Positions 20,411 to 27,974 of a DNA stretch of 40,000 nucleotides are shown here, piece after piece. A model generated the notes under the pieces. The model ran no database searches and had not been told where the DNA came from. It saw nothing but the letters and a program-made list of their open reading frames with translations. Position numbers and translations under genes: made by a program. How positions within the stretch are numbered: the stretch's first letter is position 1; every line of letters starts with the position of its first letter. The DNA comes from an uncultured beta proteobacterium (GTDB lineage Bacteria; Pseudomonadota; Gammaproteobacteria; Burkholderiales; Burkholderiaceae_F): assembly GCA_963729165.1 (NCBI GenBank), contig CAVSMM010000015.1, forward strand, positions 184,133 to 224,132, in the 5' to 3' direction.

Positions 20411-20482
20411 TCCTAACGTTGGAGCTCAGCCGCGTGCGAAGGCCGCAGGCCGTAGCACGTCGGCTGGAGCGAAGGGTTGGGC
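20411..20482 (-). repeat. Integron attC site 1 (72 bp)
   Basis: Minus strand reads GCCCAAC (R'') CCTTC GCTCCAGCCGACGTGCTACGG...GGCTGAGCTC CAAC GTTAGGA (R'). It starts 6 nt after the stop of the GNAT gene. Confidence 0.8.
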
Positions 20483-20488
20483 GGCTGT

Positions 20489-21292
20489 CTACTTTGTGAA
20501 ACGGTGTCCGTCAGATGTCGCGATTCCGCAAATGAGGTCGGAGACCAATCGGAGACCGCAAGACTCGACCATTCTTCGCGATGGATCGTTATCTGAAGCG
20601 ACGAGCTCGTAGATTGCATTGGCCCCCTGCGTCTGTATCGCCAGACAGATCGCTCTTGCATTGATGCGACTACCGAGTCGGCGCCCGCGTTGTTGCTCCG
20701 CGACTGCAACGAGGCCAACCCATGCGGTTTTCTCATGCGCGCTGTACCGATTGTGAGGCATGTACGCGTGAGCACACGCGACAATTCGGCCGGCAGAATC
20801 GCGTATGTACGGCGTCGCAGCTGAGCCCAGATCGCCCCTCAGCATGCGTGCTGAGAACGGGGCAATTGAGTTGTCAGCCATGAACTTCTGAATCTCACGG
20901 GCGCACTCGTTCGAGTCGTCGGGTGCAAGGACGTGCTCGTTAAGATCAGCTGGGAGCGGTTCCTCAACGAACGCCCGTGATGGTGCCAGCGCGTCTTGCG
21001 CGTCAGCGAGAAACACGTTCCAAGTGTGTAGTTGATATCCGAGAGCCTCAAGTCGATCGGAGATCGCCTTGCGCTCCGCAGCTGGGCGCAATCGAAAGCC
21101 GAATACCTTGTCTCGGCGAAGTGCCGCCTCGATTGCTTGCCAACCCAACAAATTCTGATCGTCTGTTCCACAGAATCTTCCGGGATGACAACATCCGGCG
21201 GTGGTGTACAGCCAGTCGTACAGCTCCTCCGCTCGTCGTTGCAACGCGACTTGAATTTCGGTTCCGAAGTACGTCACGATTCCCTCCGTCAT
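20489..21292 (-). CDS. GNAT family N-acetyltransferase (first cassette)
   Basis: ORF 20489..21301. Likely ATG at 21290-21292 (MTEGIVTYFG...). Acetyl-CoA motif VAVAEQQRGRRLGSRINARAI. Confidence 0.7.
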   Translation of the reverse strand: MTEGIVTYFGTEIQVALQRRAEELYDWLYTTAGCCHPGRFCGTDDQNLLGWQAIEAALRRDKVFGFRLRPAAERKAISDRLEALGYQLHTWNVFLADAQDALAPSRAFVEEPLPADLNEHVLAPDDSNECAREIQKFMADNSIAPFSARMLRGDLGSAATPYIRDSAGRIVACAHAYMPHNRYSAHEKTAWVGLVAVAEQQRGRRLGSRINARAICLAIQTQGANAIYELVASDNDPSRRMVESCGLRLVSDLICGIATSDGHRFTK

Positions 21293-21333
21293 TAAGAGCA
21301 ACGGCCACGTCGCTGCCTAGCCGCGCTAAAGCC

Positions 21334-21351
21334 GCCCAACGTGTTTTAGGT
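21334..21351 (-). promoter_or_regulatory. attI simple site (integron primary recombination site)
   Basis: Minus strand reads ACCTAAAACAC GTTGGGC. This closely resembles the class 1 attI1 core CCCTAAAACAAA GTTAGGC (recalled from memory). The GTTRRRY box sits between intI and the first cassette. Confidence 0.65.
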
Positions 21352-21443
21352 CGCACGATTCTGCTCCTAAATGCGGCAACTGCGGCATAACACGGACGGC
21401 CGTTCGTCGCCAGACCCGCACCACGCCTTGCTTTCGAGGCCAA

Positions 21444-21463
21444 TACTGTATAAAAATACAGTA
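21444..21463 (+). promoter_or_regulatory. LexA (SOS) box overlapping the intI promoter region
   Basis: TACTGTATAAAAATACAGTA is a perfect palindromic CTGT-N8-ACAG and matches the E. coli-type consensus TACTGTATATATATACAGTA at 18/20 positions. It ends 12 nt before the intI ATG. A possible -35 TTGCTT lies upstream and a TATAAA/TAAAAA -10 lies inside the box. Confidence 0.85.
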
Positions 21464-21475
21464 TTAACAAATCCG

Positions 21476-22570
21476 ATGAAAAGCGCAGCTCCACGTCCCG
21501 CATTGCAATCAGCGCGTCTGCTGGATCAGGTGCGGGAACGGATTCGCTATTGCCACTACAGCTTGCGGACGGAGCAAAGCTACATTTATTGGATTCGCTT
21601 CTACGTCCGCTTTTCCGGTTTGCGGCATCCGCGGGCGATGGGTGTGCGGGAGGTTGAGGCGTTTCTGACGCATCTTGCCAGTGAGCGCAAGGTTTCGCCG
21701 GCCACGCATCGGCAGGCACTTTCGGCGCTGCTTTTTCTTTACCGTCAGGTACTGGACCAGCAGTTGCCATGGATGCAGGAGATCGGGCGGCCGCAAGCCC
21801 GCCAACGGCTGCCGGTCGTTTTGTCGCGTGAAGAAGTCGCGCGTTTATTGCCGCAGGTCGATTCGAGTTACCAGCTGATGGCTCGGCTGCTGTACGGCAG
21901 CGGGTTGCGATTGATGGAGTGCCTTCGCCTGCGTATCAAGGATCTCGATTTCGATCGGCGCGTGATCGTGGTGCGCGATGGCAAGGGCGGCAAGGATCGT
22001 GTAGTGATGCTGCCGGATGCGTTGCACGATGCATTGCGCAGTCAACTGGCCACGGCCCGCGCGGTGTGGGCGCAGGATCATGCGGCCAAATGTGCGGGGG
22101 TTCAGCTTCCATATGCGCTCAGTCGCAAATTTCCGCGCGCAGGCGAATCGTGGTCGTGGTTCTGGTTGTGGCCGGCGGAGGGGCTGTCGGTTGATCCGCG
22201 CTCGGATATTGAGCGGCGCCATCATGTTCACGAAGACGGAGTCGGCCGGGCTTTGGCACGCGCAGTCACTCGCGCGGGGATCGCAAAAAAGGTGACGGCA
22301 CATACGCTGCGCCATTCGTTCGCTACACATCTTCTCGAATCGGGCGTCGACATCCGGCGTGTGCAGGAGTTGCTCGGTCATGTGGATGTATCGACCACGA
22401 TGATCTACACGCATGTGATGAAAGGTGCTGCAGCCGGCGTGTCTTCTCCGCTGGATTCGCTCGGGCCCTCGATCGGCCCGCTGCATTGCTCGGAGCAATT
22501 GAGTGATTCGCTATGCATGCCCTGGATACATCGCTTAGCTACAGCAGCGCCGGTGGCGGTTTACCGCTAA
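21476..22570 (+). CDS. intI: Integron integrase IntI (tyrosine recombinase)
   Basis: [36 protein letters not shown]... is collinear with IntI1 as I recall it. It contains the IntI-specific insertion [40 protein letters not shown] and the catalytic [12 protein letters not shown]...LLGH...TMIYTHV. It is about 30 aa longer at the C-terminus than IntI1. Confidence 0.95.
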   Translation: MKSAAPRPALQSARLLDQVRERIRYCHYSLRTEQSYIYWIRFYVRFSGLRHPRAMGVREVEAFLTHLASERKVSPATHRQALSALLFLYRQVLDQQLPWMQEIGRPQARQRLPVVLSREEVARLLPQVDSSYQLMARLLYGSGLRLMECLRLRIKDLDFDRRVIVVRDGKGGKDRVVMLPDALHDALRSQLATARAVWAQDHAAKCAGVQLPYALSRKFPRAGESWSWFWLWPAEGLSVDPRSDIERRHHVHEDGVGRALARAVTRAGIAKKVTAHTLRHSFATHLLESGVDIRRVQELLGHVDVSTTMIYTHVMKGAAAGVSSPLDSLGPSIGPLHCSEQLSDSLCMPWIHRLATAAPVAVYR

Positions 22571-22586
22571 TGCCCGGCGCTCCCGC

Positions 22587-23324
22587 ATGCCGCTCTCTTC
22601 CAAAAGTTTTCTATCTGCGTTGGGTGCACGGGTGTGGCGCGCCAACTCGGACGCGGGTGAGTCCAACGTTCGAGCAGTGCCGACGCGCTTTGTCGCGCTG
22701 GACAAGCTGCTGCCGAACGGAGGTTGGCCGCAGCGCACATTGATCGAGTTGCTGGTGCCGTGCGGTGTTGGAGAGATGCGCGTGCTGATGCCGGTGCTGG
22801 CACCGCTAATGCGCGCGCGCCAGACGGTGCTGTGGGTCGAGCCGCCGCACATTCCTTATCCGCGAGCGCTGATCGCGCATGGCGCGACGCTCAAACAATT
22901 GCTGGTGGTGCGCGCGCGTGATCGGGGAGAGCGGCTGTGGACGATCGAGCAGGCGCTTAAGAGCGGTGCCGCTGCAGCGGTCGTCGCGTGGCTGCCTGAA
23001 GACAATGCACGCCTGACGTCGTTTCAAACGCTGCGCCGCTTGCAGCTGGCGGCGCAAAGCATGAAGCGCGATCCGGGCCTGGTGTTTTTGCTGCGCTCGC
23101 CGGCGGCGCGCACCGCTGCGTCACCGGCGCCGCTGCGTATCGAGCTCACTGCCTGCGAGCGCGGAGTTGCGCTCGATATTTTCAAACGGCGCGGCATGCC
23201 GGTGCATGCGATGGCGCAGCTTGCGCTGCCGGGCCCTGCAGCACGCTGCTTCGAAGCGCTGCTCGAAGAAGATCACGCTACAGACACTGCAACCGATGCT
23301 GTGGATTGCCGTTTGTCTGCCTGA
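22587..23324 (+). CDS. imuA: ImuA (SulA/RecA-like translesion-synthesis accessory protein)
   Basis: 245 aa. VWRAN...FVALDKLLPNGGWPQRTLIELLVPCGVGEMRVLMPVLAPL is typical of ImuA. It sits first in an imuA-imuB-dnaE2 arrangement. Confidence 0.85.
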   Translation: MPLSSKSFLSALGARVWRANSDAGESNVRAVPTRFVALDKLLPNGGWPQRTLIELLVPCGVGEMRVLMPVLAPLMRARQTVLWVEPPHIPYPRALIAHGATLKQLLVVRARDRGERLWTIEQALKSGAAAAVVAWLPEDNARLTSFQTLRRLQLAAQSMKRDPGLVFLLRSPAARTAASPAPLRIELTACERGVALDIFKRRGMPVHAMAQLALPGPAARCFEALLEEDHATDTATDAVDCRLSA

Positions 23325-24786
23325 GCTGCCGCTCGAAGTGGCGGTAGTCGACGCAGTGCCGCTGGCGGTGTGCGACTCATCGCATGTGCTGCTTGCCAAC
23401 CGCAGCGCACGTGAGGTCGGAGTGCAGCTGCAGATGAGGCGTGCGACCGCGCTGGCGATCTGTCCGCATCTGCAGATCAAGGCGCGCGCGCTCGTGCAGG
23501 AAAATCATTCGCTGCAAGCGATCGCCGCATGGGCACAGCGCTTTACACCGAACGTCGCGTTGGTGCCGCCGTGTGAGGAATCCGACGCCGATCTTGCATC
23601 GGGACTGCTGCTCGAAATTTCCGGCAGCGTGAAGCTCTTCAACGGCCATCCGAACATTGTCAGAAATTTGCGCGTGGGCCTGGTGCGCCAGGGGCACACG
23701 GTGCAGATGGCGCTGGCGCCGGTGCCGCAGGCGGCATGGATGCTGGCGCGCGCAGCACGTGATGGCCAGGTACCGCAGGTCAATGAAGTGAGCGAGCTGC
23801 CGGCGGCGCTCGCCGATCTGCCGGTGTGGCTGCTCGGGCCGGGCCGGCCGCATTGGGATGCGCTGCGCGGCATCGGCGTGACGCGCATTGCCGATCTGCG
23901 ACAGCTTCCGCGCAGCGGGATCGCACGGCGCTTTTCTGCGCGTCTGCTTGATGAGCTGGATCGCGCGTTGGGGCGCAAGCCCGATCCGCGCGTGTGGTTC
24001 GTCGCGCCGCCGGTATTCGAAGCCAAGCTCGAGCTGTTGGCGCGTGTCGATCATGCCGAGGCACTGCTGTTCGCGGCGCGCCGGATGATCGTGCAGATGA
24101 CCGGCTGGCTGGCGGCGCGTCATGCGGCAACGCGCACGATCGAATTCACGCTGGTGCACGAAGACCGCGATCCGTCGCCGCTGGTGGTGCATCTGGCCGA
24201 TGCCTCCAATGACGAAGAGCGGATGACGGCGCTGCTGCGTGAGCTGCTCGGCCGCACGCAACTCGCTGCACCGGTGTACGAGCTGCATCTGCGCTGCGCG
24301 CAGATCGTGCCGTCGCAGTATTCGCATGGAGAATTGTTTGCGACCGCGCGCGGCGAGCAGGAAGGGTTGCTGCGTCTGATCGAACGCTTGCAGGCGCGCC
24401 TTGGGCCGACCGCAGTGGTACAGCTCGAGCCGCGCGATGATCACCGCCCCGAGCATGCATTTCGCGAAGTGCCGATCGACCGCGCGAGTGCATCACGTTC
24501 GTCCGATGTTGATGGGTTCGATAACAACAGCGCACCGCGTCCACTCTGGCTGTTGCCCGAGCCGATACCGCTATTGGAACATCAGCATCGTCCGGTCTAC
24601 GGCACACCGCTGACATTGATCAGCGGGCCGGAGCGGATCGAAAGCGGCTGGTGGGATGGGCAATGGGCCGAGCGCGATTACTTCATCGCGCGCGACGAGC
24701 AGCATGCGTGGCTATGGATTTTTCGGCCGCGCGCGCCTGATCCTGCGAGCCGCGACCGCTGGTATCTGCACGGAAAGTTCGGATGA
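23296..24786 (+). CDS. imuB: ImuB (Y-family polymerase-like, catalytically inactive adaptor)
   Basis: I start it at MLWIAVCLPELPLEVA, the ATG at 23296 within ORF 23167..24786. It overlaps the imuA end by 29 nt and ends in ATGA overlapping the dnaE2 start. Confidence 0.85.
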   Translation: MLWIAVCLPELPLEVAVVDAVPLAVCDSSHVLLANRSAREVGVQLQMRRATALAICPHLQIKARALVQENHSLQAIAAWAQRFTPNVALVPPCEESDADLASGLLLEISGSVKLFNGHPNIVRNLRVGLVRQGHTVQMALAPVPQAAWMLARAARDGQVPQVNEVSELPAALADLPVWLLGPGRPHWDALRGIGVTRIADLRQLPRSGIARRFSARLLDELDRALGRKPDPRVWFVAPPVFEAKLELLARVDHAEALLFAARRMIVQMTGWLAARHAATRTIEFTLVHEDRDPSPLVVHLADASNDEERMTALLRELLGRTQLAAPVYELHLRCAQIVPSQYSHGELFATARGEQEGLLRLIERLQARLGPTAVVQLEPRDDHRPEHAFREVPIDRASASRSSDVDGFDNNSAPRPLWLLPEPIPLLEHQHRPVYGTPLTLISGPERIESGWWDGQWAERDYFIARDEQHAWLWIFRPRAPDPASRDRWYLHGKFG

Positions 24787-27700
24787 TCGGCAACCTCCCA
24801 GGCTATGCCGAGCTGCACTGCGTAACGAACTTCAGTTTTCTGCGCGGCGCTTCGCACGGCGAAGAACTGGTCGAGCGCGCCGCAGCGCTCGGCTACGCGG
24901 CATTGGCGATCACAGACGAATGCTCGCTTGCCGGCGTTGTGCGCGCGCACGTCGAAGCCAAGGAACATGGGCTGCATCTGATCATCGGAGCCGAAATCAA
25001 TCTGCTGACTGCAGGCGGCGATCCGTACGCAAAACTGGTGCTGCTGGCGACCGATCGTGCTGCTTACGGCAACCTGTCTGAATTGATCACGCTGGCGCGC
25101 ACGCGCGCCGACAAGGGAAGCTATCGCGCGTACGCCTCCGATCTCGAAGGCAAAGCAGCAGGGCATCCGCATCTGCAGCATCTGCCCGGTTGCCTGGCTT
25201 TGCTGATTCCAGCGAGCGACGCTTCGTTTGAACAGCTGTTCGGGCAGGCGATGTGGCTGAAGACCTGGTTTCCAGAGCGCGCGCTGGATCGCGGTGGAAA
25301 ATCTTTTGCGCGCCACCGATGGTCCGCTGATCGAGCGCATCGAGCGCGTGGGCCATCTGACCGGCGTGCCGCTGGTCGCCGCCGGTGATGTGCACATGCA
25401 TCTGCGCTCGCGCAAGCCGGTGCTCGATGTGGCTGCCGCGATCAGGCTCGGAAAAACAGTGGCCGAATGCGGCTTCGCGCTGGCATCGAACGCCGAGCAG
25501 TATCTGCGGCCGCGCGTGCGGCTGGCGCAGCTGTACGCGCCCGAATGGCTCGATGAGACGCTGAAGATCGCGGCGCGTTGCCAGTTTTCGCTGAACGAGT
25601 TGCGCTACGAGTATCCGGAAGAGATCGTGCCGCCCGGCGCGACCGCGACCAGCCATCTGCGTGCGCTGACCGAAGCCGGCGCTTCGCTATCGGTTTCCGG
25701 AAGGTGTGCCGCCCGCGGTGCGCGCGCAAATCGAAAAAGAGCTCGCGCTGGTTGCCGAGCTGAAGTACGAAGCGTTCTTTCTGACGATCGAGGACGTGGT
25801 GCGCTTTGCGCGCTCGCAAGGCATTTTGTGCCAGGGCCGCGGCTCGGCTGCCAACTCGGTGGTCTGTTATTGCCTGCGCATCACCGAGGTCGATCCGCGC
25901 CGCTGCAATGTTCTGTTCGAGCGCTTCATCAGCCGCGAGCGTAACGAGCCGCCGGATATCGATGTCGACTTCGAGCATCAGCGGCGCGAAGAGGTCATTC
26001 AATATATCTACGGCAAATACGGCCGCGATCGCGCGGCCCTGGCCGCCACCGTCATCTGCTATCGCTCGCGCAGCGTGCTGCGCGATGTGGGCAAGGCGCT
26101 CGGATTCGATCCGCAGCGTATCGACCAGGTCGCCAAAAACCACCAGTGGTGGGATAGCGGCCAACGCCACAGCAAGGGAATGATCGAGGCGGGCTTCGAT
26201 CCCGACAGCTTTTCGATTCGCCAGTGGTTAACGATCGCCGACGAGCTGCGCGGCTTTCCGCGGCATCTGTCGCAGCATGTCGGCGGCTTCGTGATTGCGC
26301 GCACCAAGCTGTCGCGCCTGGTGCCGATCGAAAACGCCGCGATGGAAGATCGTTGCGTCATCCAATGGGACAAGGACGATCTCGAATCGCTCGGCCTGTT
26401 GAAGGTCGACGTGCTGGCGCTCGGCATGCTGTCGGCTACGCGCCGTTCGCTCGAATTCATCGCGCAAAAGCTCGGCCGGCCGTTTGCGATGGGCGATATC
26501 GAGGATGACGACACGCCCACCTACGACATGATCTGCGCGGCCGACACGATCGGCACGTTCCAGATCGAATCGCGCGCGCAGATGACGATGCTGCCGCGCC
26601 TGAAGCCGCGCTGCTATTACGACCTGGTGGTCGAAGTCGCGATCGTGCGGCCGGGGCCGATTCAGGGCGGCATGGTGCATCCGTATCTGCGCCGGCGCGA
26701 CGGCAAGGAAGCCGGTCGAATATCCGAGCAAGGAAATCGAATCGGTGCTCGAACGAACGCTCGGCGTTCCGATCTTTCAGGAGCAGGTGATGCAGCTCGC
26801 GATCGTCGCCGCCGATTACACGCCGGGCGAAGCCGATCAGCTGCGCCGCTCGATGGCGGCATGGAAACGCAAGGGCGGGCTCGGGCCGCATAAAGAACGA
26901 CTGATTTCGCGCATGACGGCCAAGGGATACGCGCTCGAATATGCCGAGCGCATCTTCAAGCAGATCGAAGGATTCGGCGAGTACGGATTTCCGGAAAGTC
27001 ACGCGGCGAGCTTTGCGTTGCTGGCGTATGTGTCGTGCTGGATCAAGCGTCATCACCCCGATGCATTTCTGGCCGGGCTGCTGAACAGCCAGCCGATGGG
27101 TTTTTATGCGCCCGCGCAACTGGTGCAGGACGCGCGCCGGCATGGAGTCGAAGTGCGTGCCGTCGACGTGACGATCAGTCAGGTCGAATCGACGCTCGAG
27201 CCGCCTGCAGAATGCAGCAGAAACACAGGCGGTGCGGCTGGGATTGAATCGCATCAGCGGGCTTAAGGAAACGTCGATCAAGCGCATCGTCGAGGCCCGC
27301 ATCGAACGCGAATTCGACAATGTCGAAGATCTGGCGATGCGCGCGCAGCTGAATTCATTCGAGCTCGAAGCGCTCGCCGCCAGTGGAGCGTTGGCCACGC
27401 TCGCCGGCCACCGCCATCAGGCCGGCTGGGAAGCGCTCGGCGTCGAGACGCGGCGTACGCAGATGCTGAAGCCGGCGCGCTTTCCGGAGCCGCGGATCGA
27501 GCTGGCGCCACCCACCGAAGGAGCCGATATCGTCGCCGATTACGAGCGGCTCGGCCTGACGCTCGGCCGTCATCCGCTGGCTCTGCTGCGGCCGCGGCTG
27601 GCGAAAATGAAAATGCGAACTTCGATCGAGCTGCAAACAACGCCGAGCGGCCGGATCGCACGTGCGTGCGGCATCGTCACGCATCGGCAGCGGCCGCAGA

Positions 27701-27933
27701 CCGCCAAGGGCTCGGTGTTCGTGACGATCGAAGACGAAACGGGGCCGGTCAATATCATTTTCTGGAACGACATCTTCGAGCGCGAACGCAAGGTCGTCGT
27801 CGGCTCGACGCTGCTCGGCGTGCAGGGCGTATGGCAATCCGAAGCCGGCGTCATGCATCTGCTGGCTAAGCGCGCGACCGATTACTCGCGCTTGCTCGGA
27901 AGGCTTGCCACTTCGTCGCGCGACTTTCACTGA
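24783..27933 (+). pseudogene. dnaE2: Error-prone DNA polymerase DnaE2 (ImuC), split by four +1 frame changes
   Basis: Five consecutive ORFs (24783..25388, 25294..25944, 25706..26893, 26745..27266, 27232..27933) are collinear pieces of a single protein in start phases 0,1,2,0,1. The pieces read PHP domain AELHCVTNFSFLRGAS, then [21 protein letters not shown], then FQIESRAQM, then [15 protein letters not shown], ending ...SSRDFH. Junctions are near 25285, 25680, 26712 and 27205. The total of 3151 nt minus 4 gives 1049 codons. Confidence 0.85.
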
Positions 27934-27974
27934 GCTGCCATACAATCGCCGCTCAATCGAGTGGGAGACACTTC

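Larger units (their letters stand above)
15652..22570. mobile_element. Sedentary chromosomal integron (intI, attI, array of about 8 cassettes / 7 attC)
   Basis: intI on the plus strand is divergent from a minus-strand array of promoterless ORFs separated by RYYYAAC...GTTRRRY imperfect palindromes of 53-79 bp. Confidence 0.9.

Noticed and set aside
15652-20482. The repeated 53-79 bp elements as a possible CRISPR array
   Set aside because: The repeats vary in length, are internally palindromic and are bounded by RYYYAAC/GTTRRRY. They are separated by 300-1500 bp ORF-containing units, and an intI gene sits at one end. They are attC sites, not CRISPR repeats.
21371-21475. The long 399-aa form of IntI starting at 21371 in the ORF track
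   Set aside because: The extension would read through the LexA box and attI. Collinearity with IntI1 begins exactly at MKSAAPRP (ATG at 21476).
22480-22586. A separate LexA box or promoter for imuA in the 3' end of intI
   Set aside because: I looked for CTGT-N8-ACAG and found only CTGGATACATCGCTTAGCTACAG, which has the wrong spacing and the wrong half-site. Nothing there is convincing, so I treat imuA as lacking its own box. An eye scan cannot exclude a divergent site.
23167-23295. The long 539-aa form of ImuB starting at 23167
   Set aside because: The extra 43 aa are an Arg/Cys-rich out-of-frame read of the imuA 3' end. ImuB homologs begin MLW..., which corresponds to the ATG at 23296.
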